A stretch of DNA of 64,000 nt from a virus. The stretch lies in IMG/VR virus record IMGVR_UViG_3300032235_001069, positions 1-64,000 of that record. The stretch is one strand, 5' to 3'. Within the stretch, counting starts at the first letter, position 1; every line of letters starts with the position of its first letter. Below the pieces are notes generated by a model, which did no database searches, had not been told where the DNA came from, and saw only the letters and a program-made list of their open reading frames with translations. The position numbers were made by a program, and so were the translations under genes. Positions 1-10,179 of this stretch are shown here, one piece after another.

Positions 1-234
1 AAAGTTTTCTAAAGCTCTTATAACGCTTTCATTCGTCCATTCTGGATTATCATAATTATCTCCAGATAGATCGCTCAATAAAATTGGATCTCTAATGCCT
101 TCGATAAAAGCGAGCACTCGTCTATTTTGAACATCATCAATTACTGTTACTTTGATTTCAGTAATTTCAAGCGACTCTTCTGGTTCAGCTGGCTTTAAAA
201 CTATCTTTTTGGGTTGTTGAAGTTGAACTTGCAT
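1..234 (-). CDS. hypothetical protein, runs off the window edge
   Basis: ATG at 234; frame MQVQLQQPKKIVLKP... stays open to base 1; not in the supplied ORF track. Confidence 0.6.
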   Translation of the reverse strand, partial: MQVQLQQPKKIVLKPAEPEESLEITEIKVTVIDDVQNRRVLAFIEGIRDPILLSDLSGDNYDNPEWTNESVIRALENF

Positions 235-272
235 ATATTTATATAATAAATTTAAGCTTTAATGGTTAAAGC

Positions 273-307
273 AAAAAGAGGGAGGAGCCAAAACTCCTCC
301 CTCTTTT
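273..307. terminator. intrinsic terminator hairpin, probably bidirectional
   Basis: AAAAGAGGGAGGAG-ccaaaa-CTCCTCCCTCTTTT downstream of 361..1773. Confidence 0.75.
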
Positions 308-360
308 GAATTTAAAGTAAAAATCAATGGGATTGGACCATTAATTTTTTACTAATTTTG

Positions 361-1773
361 TTAGCTTGTGTAATAACCGCCCGCGCCATCTGAATACACG
401 GTTGTAAATGGTTGATTTTCAACATTATCCTGTATAATGTCTCCATTCTCAAGACTAAATTCTTGAGTAAAGTCACCTGCTCCATCTGTCACCCAAGAAA
501 CAGTGCCACCATTATAAATCATACCATTGATGGTTATATCAATAGTTCCACTTGTAACCGTTGTTCCTGCTGAAGGAGGATAGTATGTACCATTTTCTTC
601 GCCACCTGTTCCATTAGCAACAATATCTTGAGTACCATTTGCAAAACCACCTCCATAGTTAACGCCAGCAAAGGAGAATACACCTGTATATACAGTTTCA
701 CTTCTAATAAATGTTCCTTGTGCAGGGGGCCCCTCTTGTCCAAGAGTGATTGTTATCTCTCCCGATGAATTGGTCGTGATTGTGTCATCATTTCCATCAT
801 TATTTAAATTAAGACCCGTTAAATTTAAATTTGTAGCTACGTTTATTAAATCCTGATTGTATAATTTATTTCCATCACTCAAGGAACCAGTATAATAATA
901 AGTATCGCCTCCATGCGTTATAGTATTGATGACTTCTAAAGTAACTAATCCAGAAGCATCAGTAGTTAATAAATCAGATCCATTTACAAAACGTAAGTTT
1001 TGCGCTGGATTTGACAATGCTGATTCTTGATATAATACAATTCCATTTTCAAGATTACCAAGATAATAATAAGTTGTACTTTGCGCAATTAATGTTTCTG
1101 GATTTGCTGATTCACCCTTTGTTCCATTGACAAACATAAATACCGAAAATCCATCTTTATATTTTCCTGATGCTAATGAACCATTTCCATTATCATCATA
1201 TTTGTACCAAAAACTGCCAATTTGATGAACTACTGTTGCATAATTTGCAGGTGCAACTTTAGATCCGCCACTATAATGTGCATTTGGAAAGAATCCATTT
1301 GCTTGAGTATACTCTGTAGGAGTTTCAGTCAACGCTTGATTTTCGCCTTGTGTTGCAGTTTGAGCAATTTCAATTGCTCCTTCAACAACTCCATCGCTTA
1401 TTGATTCATCTGCGAAGATAGCTGAACCAGAAACAATTCCAACGTTTGAAGATGTATCCGCGAACTTTGCCGCTTCAACAATAACTCCCACGTTAGATGC
1501 AGTTCCAAAGAATTCAGCAACATCTACAACTCCACTATTAACCGCTGTACCTAAAAAAGTACCAGAAGTCAATGATCCGACATTTACAGCTCCATCACCA
1601 AAAACTGCAGATACTACAGTTCCTTCGTTGACTGCTGTATCAGAGAATGAAGCTACACTTACTGTACCTTGATTACTTGCTGTATCAATGAAAGCTGCAG
1701 CACCTAAGATTGAACTAGATGAACAGTTAATTGCGTCAGCACCGAATGTTACGTTACCACTTATAAGACTCAT
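361..1773 (-). CDS. putative virion/tail-associated protein with N-terminal beta-helix-like repeats
   Basis: 470 aa; repeated F-x-D/G-T-A-x-N-x-G-x-V units; G/S/T/N-rich; lies in the structural block. Confidence 0.55.
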   Translation of the reverse strand: MSLISGNVTFGADAINCSSSSILGAAAFIDTASNQGTVSVASFSDTAVNEGTVVSAVFGDGAVNVGSLTSGTFLGTAVNSGVVDVAEFFGTASNVGVIVEAAKFADTSSNVGIVSGSAIFADESISDGVVEGAIEIAQTATQGENQALTETPTEYTQANGFFPNAHYSGGSKVAPANYATVVHQIGSFWYKYDDNGNGSLASGKYKDGFSVFMFVNGTKGESANPETLIAQSTTYYYLGNLENGIVLYQESALSNPAQNLRFVNGSDLLTTDASGLVTLEVINTITHGGDTYYYTGSLSDGNKLYNQDLINVATNLNLTGLNLNNDGNDDTITTNSSGEITITLGQEGPPAQGTFIRSETVYTGVFSFAGVNYGGGFANGTQDIVANGTGGEENGTYYPPSAGTTVTSGTIDITINGMIYNGGTVSWVTDGAGDFTQEFSLENGDIIQDNVENQPFTTVYSDGAGGYYTS

Positions 1774-1805
1774 ATATTAAATTATAAAAAAGTTAAAAAA
1801 ATAAA

Positions 1806-1833
1806 TAAGGCCCCGCCCGAAGGTGGGGCCTTA
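1806..1833. terminator. GC-rich hairpin, likely terminator
   Basis: TAAGGCCCCGCC-cgaa-GGTGGGGCCTTA between two - strand genes. Confidence 0.65.
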
Positions 1834-1843
1834 TAGTTAATTG

Positions 1844-4072
1844 TTAGCCGAAAATTGCTCCATTTAAGAATGTAGCATTTCCGTAGATTGTTCCACTGAA
1901 TGTTCCAGAAACAAAGCATATGCCATTGCTATCTGTAACTTCAGTCGTATCGATTGAAGCAGGTTGTACCCATGCTGGATCACTAAGATCAACCAAAGCG
2001 CCAGTTACGCCCTTCATGACAACATTTGTGTCACTAGAAGGTAGTGAAGTTGCTTGATTGGTCATTAATGAATTAACATACCAGTTATTTGACAATGTGT
2101 ACCATGCGTCATTAGCGCCAGAGAAATACGCTCCGACTCCACCGCCACCACCACCATTTGAACTGTCTGTTAATTTTACATAATTAACATTCGCGACCCA
2201 ATGCATTTCAGTGCTTGCGCTACCTTTGACGCGAAGATGAACATCGTAATCATTGGTTGTAATGAATTCAACTCCATAACCACTATCAGTTGTTGCGAAT
2301 GTAGTTACTGACTCACAACCCACTTTGTTTAAGTTGCCAGATTCTCTAGCAAATAAACCTTGGATAGAATAAGCTGCACTTTCGCTATCATCAGATGATC
2401 TGCCAATAACTTCAGCAGAAACAAATGCAGCAGTATATTGATCAACAGGAACGAGAGCGATATCATTGAATGAACTGCTGGTGAAGTTTCCTTTACCAAC
2501 GAATTTTACAGTTTGAGCGTCTCCATTTTCAGCGAAGCATCCAGCAGAATTAACTACTGAGAAGTGTTGATTTTGAGCTTTTCCATTTTGACCCAATACT
2601 AATGCGCCACTTACTGTAGTTGCACTATTAGGATCAAGCATCAATGAATAACTGCATGCAAGATTAATCAAATCACCTTGAACGAATGCTTTCATTGGAT
2701 CAATGCATGCGCTCAATCCAGATATATCGCTCATGGCATGACCATGACCAGTTGCTGATTTGGTTGCAGCAATGCAGTTGAATACTGAAGTCAATGTATA
2801 ATGCGCTCTTTCGCCAGTGAATTCTGCGCAGGATTTTACATCTCCTTCTACAGCCTGAATACCAGAAACGATTGCTGAAATGCACTCGCTTAAGTGAGTA
2901 TTTTGGGATTGGCAATAATGAATGTCAGAACTGTCAATTGTTACGCTGGAAAATCCATCTGCAGAGTGACCATTTACAAAGTAAATTGCTCCATGATCAT
3001 CAACAAATTGAACCCAACCACCTGTAGTATAAATGTATGTTGCTGGTTCGACTGTATTGATTGCAAAATCTCCAAGATGAACAACTTCTCCAGTGAGTAA
3101 TGATGCTAATTCGCCACTGCTTGAAATTTCAAATGTATCGTTATAGTTGTAGCTAGGAATTAATGATTTATCAATAACTCCACCATCTCCAACGACAACA
3201 ACTTCACCAGAAAGCAAACCAGTATTGCGATATGCAGTCTCATCGACTTCAGCATAAGGAACGTAATCAACAATAGTTCCAGTAAATGCTGCAGTTGTTT
3301 CATAGCATGCCAAGCAGTCACTTACGAAACCAGTAGTCAAATATTGCACATCTAAACAATTAGTTGTGAAATCACATGTTTTCATATAACAGCCAATTGT
3401 TCCAGCTGGAGCATCGAAGCTAGTATATGTTACGTAATTTGCTTGTAGATCATTAACATCATCTACCAAGCATGAATAAAGACAATCTACTGCTTGATCG
3501 GCTGTACATCCATTATATTGACCACATGTCAACACAAGGTCATTGCCGCTGATTTGAACGCATCCAGTATAACCGTTTACTGAAAGAATAGTCAAATCTG
3601 CGTTTTGCAATTGGAGCCAGTTTGCAGAATTTCCGAATGATGAACCAGTCAATACATAAGTAGAACTGTTTTCAGTAACTGTTGCGAAATCTCCTTTATT
3701 TGCTGATGTTAAGTTTGTTAAACCATTTATTGTTGGAGAAACAAAGATGCTGTTTTGAATAGATGCTGGAATTGTGCTTACTGCTAACAAACCTCCACCT
3801 GTTCCATCGCTAACAAGAAGCGGAATGCTATTTGCAGAATTTTCTGCATTTTTACATCCAACACTCTTGAATTCTCCAGTAGGAACTTTTAAGTTAAGTT
3901 CCGCTTGAAGACCACTAATTGCCTCAATGCTGAATAAGCCACCTCCGACCATCAACATACCCTCTTGGGCCATGTTAGCTGGTTTAGGAAATATGAACTC
4001 ACCCACGAAAGCCGAGTGACCACCGACAAAAGTCATGTCACCACTGGCTGTATGATCGAAATTAAATGCCAT
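1844..4072 (-). CDS. tail fibre-like protein, paralog of 4111..6012
   Basis: 742 aa; SVNG-x-TG and GHGH-x-x-SDISGL fibre motifs; shares N-terminus MAxNxDHT and C-terminal GDAQ...W motifs with the neighbour. Confidence 0.65.
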   Translation of the reverse strand: MAFNFDHTASGDMTFVGGHSAFVGEFIFPKPANMAQEGMLMVGGGLFSIEAISGLQAELNLKVPTGEFKSVGCKNAENSANSIPLLVSDGTGGGLLAVSTIPASIQNSIFVSPTINGLTNLTSANKGDFATVTENSSTYVLTGSSFGNSANWLQLQNADLTILSVNGYTGCVQISGNDLVLTCGQYNGCTADQAVDCLYSCLVDDVNDLQANYVTYTSFDAPAGTIGCYMKTCDFTTNCLDVQYLTTGFVSDCLACYETTAAFTGTIVDYVPYAEVDETAYRNTGLLSGEVVVVGDGGVIDKSLIPSYNYNDTFEISSSGELASLLTGEVVHLGDFAINTVEPATYIYTTGGWVQFVDDHGAIYFVNGHSADGFSSVTIDSSDIHYCQSQNTHLSECISAIVSGIQAVEGDVKSCAEFTGERAHYTLTSVFNCIAATKSATGHGHAMSDISGLSACIDPMKAFVQGDLINLACSYSLMLDPNSATTVSGALVLGQNGKAQNQHFSVVNSAGCFAENGDAQTVKFVGKGNFTSSSFNDIALVPVDQYTAAFVSAEVIGRSSDDSESAAYSIQGLFARESGNLNKVGCESVTTFATTDSGYGVEFITTNDYDVHLRVKGSASTEMHWVANVNYVKLTDSSNGGGGGGVGAYFSGANDAWYTLSNNWYVNSLMTNQATSLPSSDTNVVMKGVTGALVDLSDPAWVQPASIDTTEVTDSNGICFVSGTFSGTIYGNATFLNGAIFG

Positions 4073-4110
4073 ATTATTATTTAGTTAAATTGATTAATAA
4101 TGACGCTTAA

Positions 4111-6012
4111 TTAGATTTTTACTTTTACAACATTGACATCAGATACCCATTTCATTCCAGCGTCACCTTCGACTTTGAATGCAATACCAGTAGAGCCGTG
4201 TACATAAGCGTCTGCAGTATATGCACCAGCGTTATCTTCGAAAATATTAACGCTTGTTGCATTCAAAATGCTGACTGTTCCACCAGCAGATTTTTGAGCT
4301 GCACCTTCAACTTTGAAAGCTGCATAATTTGAAGATGCACCTCTACCTATAATTGTAGCAGAGAACATTATGTTTGAAGAAGCTTCCATTTCGACTGAAG
4401 CGACTACTTCCAATGAACTTGAACTTGTAGAAGCTTTTGCAGGAATCTTGCTGACTTGAGCGTCACCAACAGTGCTGAACCATCCAGCAGCTTGAGCGAC
4501 TTCGTAGTCTTGAACAGCTTTTGCTCCATAACCTAAAGCTACAGAATAATCTCCGAGAGCTTCATTCATCGCTGCGTTTGATGCGTTCTGAGTTGCTGCG
4601 TATGAACCAGCACCAGTATAGAAAGTAGTGATTGAATTCAAGCAGGTTGCCAAACCAGTTACGTCAGAAATTGCATGACCATGACCATTGTCAGATTTTG
4701 TATTGAAAATGCCAGTAGCAGTTCCAGTCAAAACGTAATCAGCGAATAAGGTTGTAGCTTCACCTTCTGTGAGATAGTCTCCTTCTATTACGCCAACTCT
4801 GCCATCAATTCCAGTTAATGCTGCCAAGAGAGTACCACCATCATAAATTGTTGAAGTGGATGCGACATCAATGTGAGCAACTCCAACATTTACGTTTCCA
4901 TCTACTCCAGTTAAACCATTAACTCCAGTGATTGCTCCGAAAGTTGTAGCGAGTTGAACCCAATCTTCAGCTTGTGAATAAGTGTCTCCTCGAAGAATAT
5001 AGTTGGCTTTGACTGCGCCAGTGACAATCGCGATATCACCTTGTTCAGCAGAAGTCAAACCTAACAAATCTCCAGAAGCATCAATCAAGAATGTATCAGT
5101 AATTGCTAATGTAGGAAGAATAGAATAGTTAATTTTTCCATCGCCCTCAACAACAACCACATTACCAACAGATGTTCCAACGTCTAAAGATGCAGCAGAA
5201 CCAGTTTCAGTTTTTAATACATAATTTGTTAAGCAGGTGGTAACGTCTGACGAATAGATGTAATCCATCAAAGTTGTGCTGAAGTTAGAGCATGTTTCAT
5301 AATTTGCCAAACACTGATCTACTACAGTGCAAGTTGGATACTCTGTCAAACAGGTAGCTAACTCACCAGTAGTAACATAATTGTTCAAACAGGATTTATC
5401 AGCTTTATCTGTATAAAGATCTTCGACTGCAGTATCAATTGATTGTCCACCATAATTCACTGAACTTGCGCTTAAAGAAACGTTTGAACCGTCTAATACT
5501 ACTGCTCCTGCTAAATTATTGACGCAGCATACAGTTTGTTCTTGGAATTTGATTTCTTTCCAGTTTGCTTGAGTTTGGTATCCACTAGCTGCAGCAGAGC
5601 AAAGGATGTAATTTTTTTGATCTCCTGTTGCGATAGCCAAATCTCCAATGCAAGCATTGGATAAGGAAGTCGCATCGGATAATGTATTTACTTGATAAGT
5701 ATCTCTGATAGCGATAGAAGGAATCAAAGATCCTTCTAATTTGCCATCTCCATCGAGAATTGGTACTTCTCCAGCAGCTGTTCCATAATTTTTGGTTGCT
5801 GCAGAGCCAGTTACGCTTTTTTCTACTTTCTGTCCCAATGCGGAAACCAATCCAGAAATCGCACTGATGTCAGCTTCTCCAGAGAGAAGAAGGCTTGCGC
5901 TTGCGGATTGAGTATTTGGGAATACGAAGTTAATTGTATCGTTTACGCTTGCGTTGCTAGGGCCACGAAGAGTAATGATTGCCGAATTAGTGTGATCGAT
6001 ATTAATAGCCAT
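4111..6012 (-). CDS. tail fibre-like protein
   Basis: 633 aa; VPILDGDGK...IP, GD-x-AI, GHGHAISDVTGL motifs; 13-aa L-x-x-Y-x-T repeats. Confidence 0.65.
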   Translation of the reverse strand: MAINIDHTNSAIITLRGPSNASVNDTINFVFPNTQSASASLLLSGEADISAISGLVSALGQKVEKSVTGSAATKNYGTAAGEVPILDGDGKLEGSLIPSIAIRDTYQVNTLSDATSLSNACIGDLAIATGDQKNYILCSAAASGYQTQANWKEIKFQEQTVCCVNNLAGAVVLDGSNVSLSASSVNYGGQSIDTAVEDLYTDKADKSCLNNYVTTGELATCLTEYPTCTVVDQCLANYETCSNFSTTLMDYIYSSDVTTCLTNYVLKTETGSAASLDVGTSVGNVVVVEGDGKINYSILPTLAITDTFLIDASGDLLGLTSAEQGDIAIVTGAVKANYILRGDTYSQAEDWVQLATTFGAITGVNGLTGVDGNVNVGVAHIDVASTSTIYDGGTLLAALTGIDGRVGVIEGDYLTEGEATTLFADYVLTGTATGIFNTKSDNGHGHAISDVTGLATCLNSITTFYTGAGSYAATQNASNAAMNEALGDYSVALGYGAKAVQDYEVAQAAGWFSTVGDAQVSKIPAKASTSSSSLEVVASVEMEASSNIMFSATIIGRGASSNYAAFKVEGAAQKSAGGTVSILNATSVNIFEDNAGAYTADAYVHGSTGIAFKVEGDAGMKWVSDVNVVKVKI

Positions 6013-6066
6013 AAGTTAAAATATATAGGCTATTACACAAAATTAGCAAAAAAAGTAAAAATTTTT

Positions 6067-7017
6067 TTAATCTACTCCGCCATCTAAGTTGTTATTAATC
6101 AACATAATAGAATCTGCGCCACCATCTAAAATTAAAGTTTGAGAATTGGAATCGCACGTTTGTAGATCTGGTGGCGCATTTATTACTAAATTTGGATTAT
6201 TTTGAATGCAAGTTTTAACGCTTTCAATTAAATTAAATAGAATTAAATCATCATCTCCACCATCTATAATATTATCACTTAGTGAGGAAGGATCAATTCC
6301 AGCATCTACAATCGGAATCTGCTCATCTAAATTATAAACTTGTATATCAGAAGCCGAGCTTATAGTTGTATTGGCATTATTTGCTATATAAGCGTTTATA
6401 CTTTCAATTGAATTCAAAAGATTCAAATCTTCATCTTGAATAGATTGAATAATTCCTATTTTTGCGGTCCATTGAGTTTTTGTATCATTTGAATCAAATA
6501 GTTTTACAATCACTCCACTTTCCCAAATGTCAAACGTCCCAGAGTAAGTGGGTTGGCTTTTTGTATATATTGTATAAAAAGGACCAGTTAAATTATATGA
6601 ATTGTCTGAAGCTGTGACAATTGCAGAATAGTCCGCAGTAAAGCTTTGATTTTTTGCGCCATTCCAATGCTGACCAATTCCTAATACTTCGCTTTTGATT
6701 AACCAAGATTGATTTAAATAATTTTTAGGTAATACTACTTTAAAACAAGCGACATTATTAATTGAGTCATCACTAAAATCAACCCCCTCAGTACCACTTG
6801 ATCTCATTAAAATTGAATACTGGGCATTTGCTTTAGGATAATTACTGTTTGAGAATACAAATTCAGTATCTGAATATTTTTCTCCGTTTACTCCCAAAAT
6901 TGGAAAGCCCGTAGGCACAAATTTTCCAGTTTCACTACTAGGAAAAAATTGCCCAGTTTGACCAGTTGTCACGAACTGACCAGTTGGTATTTGAACTCTT
7001 CTTTTATATAGAGGCAT
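6067..7017 (-). CDS. hypothetical virion protein
   Basis: 316 aa; TGQF repeats at N-terminus, repeated (I/L)DGG motifs at C-terminus. Confidence 0.5.
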   Translation of the reverse strand: MPLYKRRVQIPTGQFVTTGQTGQFFPSSETGKFVPTGFPILGVNGEKYSDTEFVFSNSNYPKANAQYSILMRSSGTEGVDFSDDSINNVACFKVVLPKNYLNQSWLIKSEVLGIGQHWNGAKNQSFTADYSAIVTASDNSYNLTGPFYTIYTKSQPTYSGTFDIWESGVIVKLFDSNDTKTQWTAKIGIIQSIQDEDLNLLNSIESINAYIANNANTTISSASDIQVYNLDEQIPIVDAGIDPSSLSDNIIDGGDDDLILFNLIESVKTCIQNNPNLVINAPPDLQTCDSNSQTLILDGGADSIMLINNNLDGGVD

Positions 7018-7019
7018 AA

Positions 7020-7502
7020 TTAAGCTCTATAATAAATATTTGCAATAAGGCCAGTCCCATTATTTCCAGGCCAAGGATAAAGACCCTCTCTATCTTCCGA
7101 AATTTTAACTAAGATACCTTGAAATCCATGAACCAGATAAGAAAAACTTTGATCCAATGTAGATTGTGCATAAATTGGATAAGTTATGAATGGAGTAGAT
7201 TCAGCAGTATATGGATTACTATAAAATTGAACAAAGAGAGGCTCATCATTCAAATTGTTATCAACAAAAAATCCAGCTAATTTTGTAGCTCCATTATTTA
7301 CTTCTGAAATCTCTCCTGATAAATTAACGTTTCTATAAACCGAAAGCGCTGGCGGTTTAAGTAAATCGCTTTCACCCAATCCAGCCAAATCAGCAGGAGT
7401 CATCGGTCGCCATTCCTGAGTATCCCCATCATAGATGTAGGAAAACTGAGGAGCAGCTTTACCGTGATATACTGAATCTGATTTGTAAACTGGATTTGGC
7501 AT
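7020..7502 (-). CDS. hypothetical protein, probably structural
   Basis: 160 aa ORF tightly packed in the - strand operon. Confidence 0.55.
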   Translation of the reverse strand: MPNPVYKSDSVYHGKAAPQFSYIYDGDTQEWRPMTPADLAGLGESDLLKPPALSVYRNVNLSGEISEVNNGATKLAGFFVDNNLNDEPLFVQFYSNPYTAESTPFITYPIYAQSTLDQSFSYLVHGFQGILVKISEDREGLYPWPGNNGTGLIANIYYRA

Positions 7503-7504
7503 TT

Positions 7505-7753
7505 TTAACTATATAAAATAACTCCCGTATTAGTTGCAGAGAGATTCCTAATAGTTGAAAATGCTACAGGATTCGGAAACGTCACATACTGATCTGTTGG
7601 AATATGAATTGTATGAGCGCCATCAATCCTCATGGTCATCTGAGTATTTGATCCGTTGTATAATGCATGAATTACGCTCGCTCCAGTAATTGTAGTGATA
7701 CCGCTTCCAGACAACGTATATAATTGTGCTACTTTTTGATAATTATTGGCCAT
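7505..7753 (-). CDS. hypothetical protein, probably structural
   Basis: 82 aa; GTGTAA motif 10 nt upstream. Confidence 0.55.
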   Translation of the reverse strand: MANNYQKVAQLYTLSGSGITTITGASVIHALYNGSNTQMTMRIDGAHTIHIPTDQYVTFPNPVAFSTIRNLSATNTGVILYS

Positions 7754-7806
7754 ATCTAAATTTTTACACTTTCTAGAAAGTTAATCTTAACTAATTATAA
7801 TCTTGT

Positions 7807-8280
7807 ATGAATTTTAGTCTATATAAACCTAATTCAAAAGTTACTGGATGTGCTTTTCAATTTAAATTGGGAGAAAGTAAAAATGGCGAGAAAGTCGTCT
7901 ATGTAAGCGCTATTCAACAAGCTTCTTGGAATGAAAATACCAAGACGGGTTCATTTTCTGAAAATGCAAAGAATCCAGAAAAAAATTTAAACATTAAATT
8001 AAATGTTAATGAAATAGGCGGATTCCTATATTCAATTAGGCAATATAAAGACTTTTCAGCCTTTCATACATACGAAGATAACAAGACTCAAATTTCATTC
8101 AAGCCATATCAAAAGAAGGATGGCGCTGATGCATTTTCTTTTTCTATCTCAAGAAATGGAAATCAAAAGTTTGGAATTGGAATTGAATTAGGAGAAGCTG
8201 AAGCCTTGGGTGAATTCTTAAAGTTCTCGCTATCCCAAGTATTTTCCAATAGAAAGAATTCATCTAAGCAAGAAGAATAA
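7807..8280 (+). CDS. putative Whirly/PC4-like ssDNA-binding protein
   Basis: two beta-sheet+helix halves ending KLNVNEIGG and IELGEAEAL, resembling Whirly repeats; fold call is by eye. Confidence 0.35.
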   Translation: MNFSLYKPNSKVTGCAFQFKLGESKNGEKVVYVSAIQQASWNENTKTGSFSENAKNPEKNLNIKLNVNEIGGFLYSIRQYKDFSAFHTYEDNKTQISFKPYQKKDGADAFSFSISRNGNQKFGIGIELGEAEALGEFLKFSLSQVFSNRKNSSKQEE

Positions 8281-10178
8281 TGAAAAAGAAAATCCTCTTT
8301 CATTCTAATTACTCTAGAGCATTTACTGGTTTCGGTAAGAATGCTAAAAATATTCTTCGCTATTTATTCAATACTGGAAAGTATGAGATAATTGAAGCTG
8401 CAAATGGAATGCCATTTGAGTCTGAAGAAACAGCAAGGCAACCTTGGAAGAGTTATGGCACTTATCCAAACCAGCAAAAACTAGAGCAACTAAAAGCTCA
8501 AGATCCAAACATTGAAAGAAGTTTGGGCTATGGAGCTGGAATGATTGATGATTTAATTAAATTAGTTAAACCAGATATCTATATTGGCGCAGAAGATATT
8601 TGGGGATTTAATGGATACTGGGACAAGCCTTGGTGGAGCAAAATTAATTCAGTAATTTGGACGACATTGGACAGTTTGCCAATTTTACCAGATGCAGTTA
8701 ATGCGGCTCCTAAAATTAAAAACTATTATGTTTGGGCTTCCTTTGCAGAAAGAGCATTAAAAGGATTAGGTTACAGTAATGTTAAAACTTTGCGGGGTTG
8801 TTTAGATACTTCTAAATTTTTTAAGATTCAAGAAGAAGAAAGAACAAAGTTAAGAAAGAACTTTGGATTAGATGATTCTTTTTTAATTGGATTTGTATTT
8901 AGAAACCAATTAAGAAAGTCAGTACCCAACTTGCTCGAAGGCTTTTCCATTTTTAGATTTAACAATCCTCAAGCAAATGCAAAGCTACTGCTTCATACTC
9001 ACTGGTCTGAGGGTTGGGATATTCCAAGATTGTTAAGGGAAAAAAATATTCCCGCAGATTTAGTTTATACAACTTACTTTTGTCATGCTTGTAATAATTA
9101 TGAAGTCAAGCCATTTACTCGACAAAATATTGGATGCAAGTTTTGTGGCAATCCGAATAGTCAAGTAACTACAAATGTTACGGCTGGAGTTTCTGACAAA
9201 CAATTGAATGAGATTTACAACTTGATGGATGTATATTGTCACCCATTTACAAGTGGTGGGCAAGAAATTCCTATTCAAGAAGCAAAGCTTGCGGAACTTA
9301 TTACTTTGGTTACTAATTATTCTTGTGGCGAAGATAGTTGCACCACGGAAAGTGGAGGCATGTCATTGGATTGGACGGAGTATAGAGAGCCTGGAACTCA
9401 GTTCATTAAAGCTTCAACTTGTCCGCAAAGCATTAATCAAAGACTTACCGAAGTCTTTTTTATGCATCCTGACAAGAAAATTAGAATTGGGCAAGCTGCC
9501 CGAAAGTGGACAATAGATAATTTTTCTGTCGAAGTAATCGGCAAGAAGCTTGAAGAAATGTTTGATTCATTTCCAGAAGTTGATTATGATTTTTCTTTCG
9601 AACAAGAAGATCCAAACATTGCATACGCAATGCCAGAAATTGAAAGCAATGAAGATTTTGTTGTAGATCTGTATGCAAATATTCTTAAAGAAAAGATAGA
9701 TAAAAATCATGCTAGTTGTCTCGAATGGATGAATCAGTTAAAATTTGGCATCTCAAGAAAACAAATTTACGATCATCTTATTAATCAAGCAAAGCAAAAA
9801 TTAAATAAGCCTAAACAAATTAATTTTGAAGATCTTTTAGATAAGGATGACGAAGGTAAACGATTAGCCGTAGTAATTCCACAATCAGGTGGAGATGTTT
9901 TAATGGTCAATTCGCTTCTTGAAAATTTAAAATCCTTGTATCCAGAGTATAATATTTATATTTTCACCGAGCCTAAATTTTTTGATTTGATTAGAGATAA
10001 TCCAGCAGTGCATAAGGTATTGCCATATAATCCAATTTGTGACAATCTATTATTCTTGGAAGGCCAAGGCGCACACAAAGGATTTTTTGAATTGGCATTT
10101 TTGCCACACGCCACAACTCAAAAATTCTTCGCTTACCAACATAACGGAAAAGATAAAATTCAATTTTCATTAGTATAA
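8280..10178 (+). CDS. GT4-like glycosyltransferase with Zn-finger insert, DUF4214-like segment and GT9-like N-lobe at its C-terminus
   Basis: TGFGK start, RNQLRK, YNLMDVYCHP...GQEIPIQEA (E-x7-E); CHAC...CKFC; tail VVIPQSGGDVLMVNSLLENLKSLYP. Confidence 0.75.
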   Translation: MKKKILFHSNYSRAFTGFGKNAKNILRYLFNTGKYEIIEAANGMPFESEETARQPWKSYGTYPNQQKLEQLKAQDPNIERSLGYGAGMIDDLIKLVKPDIYIGAEDIWGFNGYWDKPWWSKINSVIWTTLDSLPILPDAVNAAPKIKNYYVWASFAERALKGLGYSNVKTLRGCLDTSKFFKIQEEERTKLRKNFGLDDSFLIGFVFRNQLRKSVPNLLEGFSIFRFNNPQANAKLLLHTHWSEGWDIPRLLREKNIPADLVYTTYFCHACNNYEVKPFTRQNIGCKFCGNPNSQVTTNVTAGVSDKQLNEIYNLMDVYCHPFTSGGQEIPIQEAKLAELITLVTNYSCGEDSCTTESGGMSLDWTEYREPGTQFIKASTCPQSINQRLTEVFFMHPDKKIRIGQAARKWTIDNFSVEVIGKKLEEMFDSFPEVDYDFSFEQEDPNIAYAMPEIESNEDFVVDLYANILKEKIDKNHASCLEWMNQLKFGISRKQIYDHLINQAKQKLNKPKQINFEDLLDKDDEGKRLAVVIPQSGGDVLMVNSLLENLKSLYPEYNIYIFTEPKFFDLIRDNPAVHKVLPYNPICDNLLFLEGQGAHKGFFELAFLPHATTQKFFAYQHNGKDKIQFSLV

Positions 10179-10179
10179 T

